NCBI GenBank assembly: GCA_001949185.1 | Contig: BDGG01000003.1 | Span: forward strand, 2,421,663 to 2,485,662 | Source of the DNA: Ramazzottius varieornatus | Lineage: Eukaryota > Animalia > Tardigrada | Length of the DNA: 64,000 nt | Direction of reading: 5' to 3' | Notes under the pieces: generated by a model | Told to the model about the DNA's origin: nothing | The model's database searches: none | The model's input: the letters and a program-made list of their open reading frames with translations, nothing else | Translations under genes and position numbers: made by a program | Shown here: one piece after another, positions 1 to 11,789 of the stretch | How the letters are laid out: every line of letters begins with the position of its first letter | Position numbering within the stretch: the first letter of the stretch is position 1

Positions 1-138
1 ATCAGGAATCGATTGAGCAAAGTGCGCAAGTTTTCCGTTTGACAATGTCGACTTGATCATTTGAGCACAGTTTTCGGGGTTGTTAGTTTGCAGTCACGAC
101 CTTTCCTCATATCGATTTTTTTTATTTTATCAATACAG

Positions 139-2457
139 GAATTTAGGGAACTCAGGGCTGCGAGTTTCTCGAATAGGCCTCGCCTTGGGGCTCTCCTCCA
201 ATTACCAGCCACGACACAACGCCGCAACCCACTGCTCCAGCGTTCCCAACCTCAACGCCCATGGCACCGCACTCACCGAAGAGCAGGCCGATCAACTAAT
301 TACTGCCGCTTACGATAGCGGTATCAATTATTTCGATACGTTCGACGCTGAGCAAATTGGGCGGTAAGGTCTTCGAAGTCTAACAAAGATTCGGGAAAAA
401 ACCAGAATATTTTGACGTGGCATGGGCACACGAACTGAACCGGAACATCGTTTCAAGTGGCACACGTTTTTTCTGTGACTGACTGGAAGTCCGCGCCACT
501 TGACAACATTCTGGCTCGAATCCTTTGCCCACCTCTCAAACAATATGGAACGTCCAAAATAGGAATCAGGCATGCGCTTAATGCTGTACAGTCCCACGGT
601 ACCCTGATTTCTATCTTAGACGACAAGAGGGCTCACGAAGTCTCAAAAAATATCCAAGGAACTCCAACGTCATATTCTTTAAACAGTAGGCACGCTTTAC
701 CTATTTAAGTTCGAGGTACTGTTTGTTGGATTGAACGGTATCGAGCAATAGCACCCTAGAGATCTCACGTGGGTTCAAAACGATTATGAGGTTTGTGTAA
801 CAGGCTTCTGTTTGTAGGACGGAGCTCATGCTAGGGAAGACACTGAAGAAGCGGAAATGGAGGTGAGTTACGCAATGCATATCATCTAGATCGGGAATGA
901 GATCTATAGATATCTCTTGATCCCCCCTCAGACTTATCGGGAATCAATTTATTTATCACCTAGTTGTTTCTCGATCCATTACATGTAGGCGTTCGAGCTA
1001 CGTGGTGTCAGTACGGGTCTACAGAAGTGGCGGGTAATTATCAATAAATAAATTTTGTTATCTGTGTCAGTGTCTTATCGAAAATTGCTGTAAGTTCCTC
1101 TTTTGTTACAGATCCGAGACAGAGAAAGGTCTTTCTAGGAAGCACGTTGTGGAAAGCTGCTCGTACAGCCTTGAGAGACTCGGCCTGGCTTATGTGGACC
1201 TTGTTTGCGCACAAGGAAGAGACCGCACACCCGTCGAAGGTAGCCTTTCTCCACCTACCTGCTAGCCCACTTTTGTTTGCATCGATAATTTTCAAGGATT
1301 TTATCCAAATAATTAAATAAAATAATAACGCATGCATGAACCTGATCGCTTGTGTCTCACAGTGGTACTGTGGTTTGGTGTATGCAGGTGCATGAAAGTG
1401 GCCCTTCCGTCTTGCGAACTACTGTATCTACTTTCAAAATATATACAATCTCTTTATTAATTTTGGACTTCATTCTCTTTTTGATTGATATTCATTTCCT
1501 GTTGTAGAGATTGTCCGAGCTTTCAACTGGGTGATCGAGAAAGGTTGGGCGTTCTACTGGACGACGTCAAACTGGACTCCCGAGCAAGTGATGGAAGCGT
1601 TCACCGTCGCAAAGTATTTAAATCTAATCCCGCCGCTTGTCAATCACGCCGAATACAACTTCTTCAAGCGTGATGCTGTCGAGCTTGTCGTTCCAGAACT
1701 TCTGTGCAATATCGGTAAGTACTGAACGCTTTTGTTAACTCCATGAACAGATTCGTTCGTCGGTTGTCTAACGACCTTTACCCTGGACCTGACATTTCTC
1801 TTTCAGGCTGCGGGTGTGTGACGTCTTCAGCTCTTCATGGAGGCTTACTCAACATCGACAGCGCCATTGATGGTCCTTCCGAACAAAGCGACGACCCTAC
1901 AACAAAAGCGCACCCTAAAGCCATGGAAGTCAACCTGGAACACCGAGAGTTTTTCAGTAAAATTAAGTATCTGTTGCCGGTAGCAGACCAGATTTCCTGC
2001 TCGTTAGCCCAATTGGCCATCGCCTGGTGCTTACGAAGCGAGTTTGTGCAGTGTGTGTTGATCAGCCCGGTGAATCTGGAACAAATGCGCGAGTACATGA
2101 TCTCGGTTGCCATCATCGACAAACTGACGCCAGAAGTACTGGCTGTTGTGGAGAAGATTCTCGGGAACCAGCCGACTTTCAATACGAACTCAATGACGAA
2201 AGCCAAGTTGACGACGAAGAATTCCATTTATGGTCGACGACGCTCGGTCTGTTCCGTTGTACGCAGAATTCTCTTCTTTGAGTTTGCTGCAAGAACTGTT
2301 TGCCAGTGCATTTTGTTTGCAGTCTGGTCAGCGTAAGAGCGTCTCATCGTCTCCGCGGCTCAGCATCAGTCATGGACCGGTAGCGATGGAAGGACGATTA
2401 GGATATCGGGACTCTATCGACTATCCGTCTCACGACCGTCGCCCTTCCCATATCTAA
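139..2457 (+). CDS. Voltage-gated K+ channel beta subunit (Kv-beta/Hyperkinetic-like, aldo-keto reductase fold); multi-exon, first exon(s) upstream of the window
   Basis: Spliced exons (approx. 139-363, 818-862, 989-1032, 1112-1239, 1509-1714, 1807-2246, 2322-2457) give RNLGNSGLRVSRIGL, GINYFDT, ELMLGKTLKKRKWRRSSYVV, ETEKGLSRKHVVES, EIVRAFNWVIEKGWAFYWTTSNW and LAQLAIAWCLR, all typical Kv-beta segments. Confidence 0.9.
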
Positions 2458-2934
2458 TGTCTTCCATCATTAACGTTCAACTCAAGAACTACAGAAAAGC
2501 GGTTCTGCTCGCATCCATGATTCAAACTCTCCCAGAGCCTATAATTCCATATCTATTTTGTGGCTGTTCTCTTGAAAACGCTTTTGCTGTGTACTGTACA
2601 GTTTCATTCTGTGTCTGCCATGCTAACTTAGTGTTTGGAACAACTTTACAGGTGTAATTTCCGCGAACTTCCAGCTTCAGAGAGTTAGTTTATAAACTCT
2701 TACTCTACAGGGCGTGCAGGCAAGCTTCTTCAAGAAAAAAACTATTTGGTGAGAACGAAAACTGTACAGTCGAAAATTGTGGACGGAATCCGGTACGGAA
2801 ATGGCGAATACCAGAGCGAGTTTCATGACAGCTCACGATAACAATATCACAGTGTCGTTGAAGCAAACCAAGCCGTTGCGAGACGTGCGAGATTTTCTCG
2901 ACCGAAATAAAGCCGGAAGTAAGAAAGATTACGC

Positions 2935-4400
2935 CTAATAACAACAATAATAAATCAATCTTACAGCATTCAAAATTATTATCGGTGCGGAAAGTACACT
3001 GAAGCGTGGATAGTTCGCGGCAGATGTTGGAAGTGTCGCCACTTCAGGCGCCAAGCGTAAAGTGCCGTCCATTAGCTCTCGGATGGCTTTCGCATCTTGG
3101 CCAAGAACCAGGCTGTAACAGTTAAGGTTTCGACGGTCCTGCCCGGTAGCCACGTCACGGTTCGATGCGAAGCTCGAGGACATGTTGACCGGACATCCTA
3201 TCGGTCTGCCGTTCGTGTACTGATCGCAGAGGATTCCGGTGGGAATGTAACCGTGCAAGGCTTCGCATCGGGTGAATTTATATCTGAATGAAATTCACCA
3301 AACCGTGAACAATGTAGAAAATTTTCCAAAGCTACTCAGGAGCTGGGCGAGCAAAACGTAACAGCTCATTTTATCCCAAACGGTGCATGTTTACGTTATT
3401 ACTGGATAGAAGGCTGCGCAACTCGGAAACCTCGACAAGAGACTGTTCACCCTAGTGGCGCAAGGTTTCGATGTTGTTAGCCAAAGCTACTTGAGATACC
3501 GTCACTGTACATTTTGTTTGCCCAGCTTCCATTTGGATTTAACTCCTGAGTTCCGATTAGAAACAAAAACATCAAAAAAATGGCAACCCTTTTCCAACTT
3601 TATGATGTGATAAACATTTATACATACGTGTCTATGTGGTTTGGAATGGAGGGCGTGACGAGCACGAACTCAACTTCCAGAAGAGTAGAATCCCCATCTC
3701 TTCCCGCGCAGTCTTGCGGACCACTGGGCGGTTTGTACTCGAGCCAGGCATCGGAACCGGTAGTTAAAACATGAGCGTATGATTGTAAGCCTTGTTCGAT
3801 GACTTGAGGTTTCAAGGAAGATGTCAGTTTGTGTCGAGACCCTGATTGTGGGTCCACGACATCGATAACCTCTGTGCCTTGTAAATACTGGGCTCTAAAA
3901 GGAAAATCGATTGTTAGGTTTCCACGCAGTGGAGTGAACAAAGAGTTTGTTTGATCCACGAACATACCGGATGTTCAAGTACAAACGCAACACTTCAGCT
4001 CCTTTAACATCGGGGCAAGTGGCTGTTGATGGTGCGCTTATCTTAACGCGGAAGGCTCGCCGTTCACAATACAGATTAAATATCACATGGCCGCTCCGGA
4101 AGGAATCGGAGCTGAGAGACTTGCAGGGAAGTTGAAGGCCGAATTCCTTGTAGGCGAAATGATTTAATAGAACTGGAAACAGATGAACTTGATGGTGTGA
4201 TAGACCTGACATACCACTGCGCACGTTAGAATGAAAGATTCTGGTCTTACCGTTATGGTACTCGTACGAATAAGGTTTAGATGCGGCGACCAGCACGAGA
4301 AACCACCCTTGAAACACCAGGTAACATCTTCGCAAAATAAACAAAATCATCCTGTCCCACAAAAACAAAACTTCATAAACTACAGAGAGTTTTCGGACAT
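2935..4400 (-). CDS. Secreted or surface protein with a CUB-like region, a divergent LDLa-like Cys module and a hydrophobic C-terminal tail; 4 exons
   Basis: Exons approx. 4400-4384, 4327-3968, 3894-3628 and 3285-2935 join in frame at GT-AG sites. N-terminus MSENSLCYLVFQGWFLVLVAAS resembles a signal peptide. Late motif CEALHGYIPTGILCDQYTNGRPIGCP...DRRNLNC. Domain calls are by eye only. Confidence 0.6.
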
Positions 4401-5291
4401 GGCGATGGGCCCAACTTCTGCAGCTGCAGTTCCCGAAGTTGTCCAAACCTTTTGAGATGACGAGAAGGCGGACGGTTCACTCAGAAGGTTTGTCCAGATC
4501 AGGATGTTTTAGTTTATAGGGTTACAGATATGCGTATAGCGAAATGCAATAGTAACAGCGCATGTAACAATTTGCGTAATGTCTCCACAATTTTGTTATG
4601 TGCTCAGAATGCTTCTGCCGTTCCTTTCTTTACTCACACACAGGTAGACACAGGCAGGGGCAGTCAAATGATAAACCATCAACAAAAAATCAATACGAAA
4701 GTAGGCCGGAGGGCATCGCACTATAAACAATTACCCGTACCAGCGTACCGTCTACACGTATACTTTCTGGTCCGTTACTGTCTCTTGTTCGCAGGTCTAT
4801 CCGTGACGAAATTGTAAGCAGAGAAGATACAATTAAAGGGTGAAAAAGCCAAGTGGGTATCCTGTGAAAATTCCGGAACGCCTGCGCGCTCATTGCGGAG
4901 AACCCGCATCTCAAAAGCAGCTTTCGTGAACGTTAACTGGAGGTGTCGCGGAAACCATGCCAAGCTGGGCTATCCTTCAAATTTTCTGAGATATTTTCTC
5001 GAATTGCAGTTCTTAGATTACCGGTTGACTCTGGTACATACGAAATCTCAACCGCGTATAAACGCACCACTTCCGCGTACGGTAGTTACAAGCCGAAGGC
5101 AGTGTGCGCAAGGTCAGCGGTCCACACTTCGACACCAAGATTTTTTGTTGTAGCAGGTATCGGATCTTTGCCATATGAGAAGGTGGTGAGATTCCGCGTT
5201 CTCCGTTTCGCTTCTGTCGGTAGTGTGTCTTTCGCACAACATCAGTTTCCGGTCTGTAAAAATAGATTAATTTTGGTTCTGACGGACGGAT

Positions 5292-8200
5292 ATGTCGCCT
5301 CATTATACGACTGGTACCGGAAATGCTACCTGGCACCTGCTGATCGTGTTCTTGAGCGCGTTGGGATTTATCGACTGCATAGCTGGTCAAAACATTTTCC
5401 AAGCTATCGAGCGGGTCTATAATGGTACGGATGAATGAACAATGGGACGCGCGAGCTAGCAAGTCACAAGTGGACGGAAGACAGTAAAGTTTTTTTCCGT
5501 TGTAGCGGAAAGCCACTGTTGCGGGGATCTGGGATGTTTCGATGTGGTTGGCGCATTTCTGGACTTACTGAAAAGGTGTTGGAAATAATCCAAACTTTAA
5601 AACTAGAGACCACGAGAGACTGACATCACACCTGTTCTGTTAGGCCGATCAATCCACTCCCGTCCTGCGAAAACCACATCAAGTTCACGTTGAAGACACA
5701 GGACAACATCAATGAACCGGACATCCTGAACCCTCTGGACCTTCACTCCATCAACAAATCCCACTTCCGTAGCGATCGGGATGGTGTGAAAGTACTGATA
5801 CACGGGTACATCGACGACGGTCGCGCCCCCTGGATAGCGGTATCGCTTTTTTTCACTTTCGTGAAAATGGTTTCTTCTTTGAGTAATCCGGCGACCAAGC
5901 TGGTTCATCCTCCTTCGACAGGCCATGGAGCCACGATTGCTTCTTCAAGGAGACTACAACGTTATCACAGCGGACTGGAGTACCGGTGTGTCTATACCAT
6001 ACTTCCAAGCGGCTTCCAACACTCGAGTGGTCGGCGCGGAAGTAGCGAGGCTGATCCGGGTACTGAGAACAAAATTCGGCCAGAACTATCGGAAGATTCA
6101 CATAATCGGACACAGGTAAATGGCATCGAAAATCAAGTATGGGGTTGAACGCATCATTCAACCTTCCGTCGGTGCTAGTCTGGGAGCCCATGTCGCCGGG
6201 TACGCCGGCAAACTGGAACGAGTAGGACGAGTATCGGGGTTGGACCCAGCCGGTAAGCGAAAGAACTGCTTGTCCACTTCCGGGTTTGCGGGCTGGTCAA
6301 AGTGTCCACTTCCATAGGTATATATTTCTCCGGCATGCCGTCAGCTGCCCGACTTGATGCGGGAGATGCCGACTTTGGTAAGCAGGCGGATTACTAAGCT
6401 GTTTCATCTACCGATGGGTGGTACTTTTAGCCTCCTGGCCAACCCATCCAACATTCTTTATGGATTCGTTTACGGCCACAGTTCTTAGTTCGCGAGGCGG
6501 TTAACTTGGCCGTTTTAGAAAGTTAAGATCAGCTCTTGATCATCCCGCTACGGGGGAAGATCAACTGATAGGATCTCTGATCCTCAGTATGTAGCTTGTA
6601 CGATCCTCCACACAGTCGTACGCGTGAATCCGTCCCGGGTAGTGAGCACGCGGCAGACCGGCCAATCAACGNNNNNNNNNNNNNNNNNNNNNNNNNNNNN
6701 NNNNNNNNNNNNNNNNNNNNNACTACCCGGGACGATTTCACGCGTGTGGAGGATCGTACATACTGAGGATCAGAGATCCTATCAGTTGATCACCTCCGTA
6801 GCGGGATGATTAAGAGCTGATCTTAACTTTCTAAAACGGCCAAGTTAACCGCCTCGCGAACTAAGAACTGTGGCCGTAAACGAATCCATAAAGAATGTTG
6901 GATCGATTGGCCAGGAGGCTGAAAGTACCACTCATCGGTAGATGAAACAGAGCTTAGCGTTGTTTTTCCTTCCATCAAAGCGCAACTTCAACTGAGTAGC
7001 GCTATTATCAAATTCTCATGCTTTACAGTGGATACCATTATAACGGATGGCCGAGTATGTACGTATAAGCTTTCTCAAGCAACTACTTATGGGACCGGGT
7101 TTTCGCTGTGGAGAATATAGGGCTACTTTTCCAGGATATTCTGCAACTAGGATACGGGACGCTGCAGCCGTTGGGCCATACAAGTATGACCGGTGACATC
7201 AAGGCGCTGATTATCTGATCAAGCTCGATGGTTTGACATGCTTTTCTTCGCTGCAGATTTTTATCCTAACGGAGGCAGGGAACAACCCGGATGTGAAAAG
7301 AGGCAGGCATGATTAGGGGTGTGACGTTCCGTTATATGCTTGAGCTTTCAGCCTCATAACGTCGATCTGGGATCCTTTTATATTACTCCATATTTCATAT
7401 ATTTTATATTCTTGCGCTTTCATATTTAGTTTATTTATATGCTTGCGCTTTTAGCCTCATAACATCGATCTGGGATTCTTTGATGGGAACCGGCGCGCAT
7501 ACTGGTAAGCTAGTCGGAAATCAAGTACCAGTTTTCGTTTCTGCTCTGGGATAAATTTCGGACTTTAATCTAGGGGTTCAAAACGACGTACTGGGTTGTA
7601 GCCACTACAGGGCGTCATTGCTCTTCATTGGTAAGAAGATTCTAAAAAATGGGCGGAAATGATCAATTCATCGATGCGCGAACTTCCGTCTTTCATTCCA
7701 GAAACCGTCATCAATCCAGCTTGTGGGATGGTCGCTGTCAGATGTGGAACTTACGCAGAGGTAATATTCGGACATTCGAACCATATAGCCATGGACCTAT
7801 GCGTTTTTTCTGCGTACAGGTGTATTTTCGCCCCATTTATAGTTCCGCAGCGGACAATGTTTTTCCTGCGAGACCAGCGACTGTCAAACGATGGGACTGA
7901 ATCTGCGCAACAAGAGTGAGGCTCAACGGGGCAATTATTACCTTTTGACGGGGTCATCTGCTCCTTATTGCGGTACGCGTACACATCATCCTTGAAAGTC
8001 AGATTGGCTACGGCGTTCTACATACCAAAACCCTCATCCTTTCGCACTTACAGTTCAAACTTTTCGGATCGAGTTGACCTTCTCTTCTGTCGCGAAGACC
8101 ACTGTAAGGATTGTACCCTTCCAAACCAAGAGTTGCCTGACGAGCATATTTGTTCTCTGTAGGAGCGTGGATACCTGAAAGTACAGCTACAGTACGAAAG

Positions 8201-8672
8201 CGGAGAAGAAGGTGGATGGGAACCTTTGAATCCAGAGTAAGCATTGACAACGGAAACCCCTATGCAACAAAAGAACTTTTGGTCGCCGGCTCTCAACGAC
8301 TTATTGTTCTACGTAGAGCCCTGGATTTCCGCGCTGGGGAAAAGATTTTCTTAGTTTTTGCGGGAGCATGGAATCTCGGGGGACTGGAGAAGGTGAAAGC
8401 TGTGAAATTGACATGGACGTTCGATTATTCTTGGCGTCGTCCATTCGACTGGCTACGAAGTCATGAACTGCACATCGAGCTCACGATCCAACTGGAAGAG
8501 CTCAGCAACAGGTACGAACTAAGGTTGGATTGCTTGTGCTTGTGATTCTGGTATTCGGGTGGTGGACTGCATTGAATGATTATGTTCGCTTCCTCTCAGA
8601 AACCCGGCGCAATTTCGGACGGCCGACGGAAAACTAGACGAGAAGGACACCGCAGTCTTCGCACGTGTATAA
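5292..8672 (+). CDS. Pancreatic lipase-related protein (lipase domain plus C-terminal PLAT-like domain); many short exons
   Basis: Signal peptide; motifs CGDLGCF, LIHGY, NVITADW, NTRVVGAEVA, IIGHSLGAHVAG (catalytic Ser, split by an intron), GLDPAG (Asp), DFYPNGGREQPGC and CSHYRA (His). Confidence 0.9.
6394..6957. mobile_element. Foldback/MITE-like element with ~240-bp inverted arms inside a lipase intron; centre falls in an N-gap
   Basis: 6394-6644 is the near-perfect reverse complement of 6722-6957 (e.g. gtttacggccacagttcttagttcgcgaggcggttaacttggccgttttagaaagttaagatcagctctt and its inverse). Confidence 0.85.
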
Positions 8673-8747
8673 GAGAAAATAAGACATGTGTGCGGCAAGC
8701 ACAAGTTCGGCAAGAAATCTGTTTGGAACTTTCGAGTCCCATGAATT

Positions 8748-11437
8748 CTACTCAGTGATCTCTCTAGTACAGAATCTCCAAGGTAGCGTGTTATCGAATG
8801 GGACAAACTGAGCAATCATCTCGCAAGAGTTTGGTGGTAAATTAACCCGCATGGGAAATTCTTTGCTGGACATGCAGTTGAAGCTTTCTAAGAGGGCGCT
8901 CTCCACCGTCCGTTCTTGGGTACTCTGCGAGGAGTTAAAGTTATCTCGGTGATGTACTGTACCTCGGAAATTTATTGACAAGTAATCTGGCGTACTGTAT
9001 TTTGCAAGACCAGACATCGGCGATTGGGTGTTGTGAATTTGTGAAGAAGGATCCCATCTTCCAGCTGTTCATAATCATCACCCTCAACAGCGGCTCGCGA
9101 AATGCACTTCTCTATCAGCCTTGAAGTCGGCTTGATGTGGGTGGCGGCAATGATGGGTTCGCCGTCGGAGCAACCCACGTTCAAGGAAAAAACAATGGCC
9201 TACGACAAGAAGAACGAAAGGAATATCTTATCAAAGGCTGAGAACATAAAAAAGAAGGTCGGTTGTGTTTAGAGGATGGCTCACCTTGTCGAGCGAGAGG
9301 TCGAAGTTGTAGCCCATTGATGCTAAGGTTAGCCATACGTCTTTCAGCTCTTCCTCGTTGGAGTCGCGCACTTCCATCCGATGTAGTTGAAGAAAGGCTT
9401 CCTTGTCCAGGTAATCTTTTCCCCAGCAAAACGTTGCTAGTATGAACATAAGGCAGTTCTTCATGGTCACGTTGAAGCATACAGTACGTTCTCCTGCGGG
9501 TATGTCGCTACTTACTGGTTACCACATGCCAGTCGGCGTCCTTCAGTTCTTCGCCGGTAGTTCGCAGGGCGAAGATGCCGAACTCTTCTCGGTCGACCAC
9601 GCCATCCCCGTTCAAGTCGATCATTTCGAATATATCAGACAGTGCCTCCCTGTGCATCAGAAAAGATCAGAAGAATAGAAAGCAAAACGACTTTCAGCTG
9701 TTCTCAGTTCGCTTTCACGTCGGCATAGATGCCGCCAGCCAAAATGTTCGTGCCAAGATCCGTCACTAGGAGGCGCACCCCTCTGTACACCGACCTCCAA
9801 AGCTTGGGGTCCACCAATACTTCTCAACCTGGGGGGTCCAAACTATTTTTTCGGATCAGCTGTTTTGCGGTGGGGGTGCACTCCTCCCAGGATCATGGCA
9901 CGAACCTCGTACGGCAGGCGGCATCCATGCCGTACTCGTATTGGTCCGAGAGCTCGACGAGATTTGGGTCTTTAAACGCGCTTGAATTTTTGGCCAGTTT
10001 CTCCCTTGAGAATGCTTTCTTGTCGTACCCGTTTTGGGGAGCCTTACTGTCGAACCAGGCGCTACTGGTATAGGTGATCAACGAATAGATCCCTGCAGGA
10101 ACTCTCTGCCGGAAGTAAGACTGCTTCTGTAAAATAGAACAACGCAGTTGTTGTTGGTATCAGAATTGCATGGTTAAAAAATTTCCGAACTTTGGTGCGA
10201 GTACCTTAGGTGTGACCATATGAGTGAACGCAGTCAGGCGTTTATGACGTTTGCCGTCAACATGTCGGAGCAGAAACAGGTCCAAGTCAATATCGTGCAG
10301 TGATGGGTTTGCTCGGTCACTGGAGGTGGCCATTGGTATGGCCTGGACGGAAACCAAAAGCTCAGTGTCAGCTTCCAGTTCCAACTCGAACTCGTTCGCA
10401 AAGAGTTGGTCCGGGCTTTCCAATATGACGCAGCCGCGTACTGAGTCCGAAGACCATTCCTAAAGACCAGATCAAGGTTTGAGGATCGGGACAACACATC
10501 GAAGAGCCCGCCTTCCCTGGTTGAACAAAATCCTATGTAAATATTTCTAACGTTTGGGAGCAGCTTTTCGAAATTCCGAATGGCTCCGTGGAAGGGATCT
10601 TTGAGAATTGGGTTTGTTGAAGGCGTTATAGCAGGGAGGAACTTCAGCTGTTCTTTTTTGAGGGCAGCACATTGATGAAGAACTTCTTCGTACTCCATCC
10701 AAAACTGTTGATGTCACAAAGCCAAAAATGTTATCACATGTCTTGTAAAGTTCAACAGCGGTTTTTCTTTCTTGCATGAAATCTTACCTGATTAATGTCA
10801 AACTTTGAGTTCCGGGTTAAATCTTTCAGGAACGAACTCGCGTCGGGTGGAAGCGTAAGGTTTTCCAAAAAGTGATCGATCTGGTCAGACAGTAGGCTGT
10901 CCTGCTCTCCTCGCGCGCTTTGAATAAGGGCTATGATTTTGGCGAAATCTTGAAGGGTCGTAGCAGGGCCGTCCCGGCAGACCTTGCGAAAGTGCGCTGT
11001 ACAGAATTGTTATTATGGGATCAGCGGTTCAATCGCTCAACCTTTGCTATACGTATACAGTACGTACTGTACATACCATTTCCGTGCCGTACCTACGTGA
11101 ATAGTCGCCGCATGGTCTTCCCAAATCGTATGAGCTCGCGCAGCTTCCAGATCTTTTCCTGCTCGGTATAGAGCCTTGCGGAAAGAAGCCTCGCTGGGCA
11201 AAGGAAGATGCTCTTCCGGCTGCTCCGACAGGAAAGCCACATCGGGGTCGCACATGTCCTGATGAGGTCCTGGGAAGCCGATGGTCGAAGGAACACCAAG
11301 ACATCGAGAGATACAAAACGTTGAATAAGTTTCAAATGAACATGCTACGTTTTCTTTTCCAATTCAGCCTAGCTACCACTACCGATTTAAGTACCTTGCG
11401 TACAAGGCATTGGGTACGGTCTGGTGAATAGGTTCAT
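8748..11437 (-). CDS. EFCAB7: EF-hand calcium-binding domain-containing protein 7 homologue; multi-exon, start codon uncertain
   Basis: REALSDIFEMIDLNGDGVVDREEFGIFALRTTGEELKDADW and KEAFLQLHRMEVRD...DVWLTLASMGYNFDLSL match the C-terminal EF-hand region of EFCAB7; a C2-like segment (FELELEADTELLVSVQAI) precedes it. Confidence 0.75.
9766..9890. mobile_element. Small degenerate MITE-like element in an EFCAB7 intron
   Basis: Imperfect terminal inverted repeats ctaggaggcgcaccc / gggtgcactcctcccag. Confidence 0.4.
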
Positions 11438-11789
11438 AACATCATCAACACAACCGATGTACTACGTATACGGTGTTCTACTTTATCGCGATCTACCGAA
11501 GTGAGTAATTGAAAGCAAGCGTGATCTTTGCATGCCAGCACTTTCCTCCGATCGATAAAACTATCCAGGAGCGCCGAGCTTCCAGCGAGGCCGCAGGTGT
11601 GTAATTTGAATCTTTCCCGATCTCTATACTGGTGCGGGAATTAAAACTGAATCGAGTGATGTCTTCACGCCGCAGGCTTGTCGACCCTGGAGAACGGAGC
11701 TGCAGAGATTCTACTGTATAAACATCTATTTTAACCAGTTTATGTAAGCTCAGTCGAGTGAGGCCTCAAGTTCGAAAACTATACGCAAT

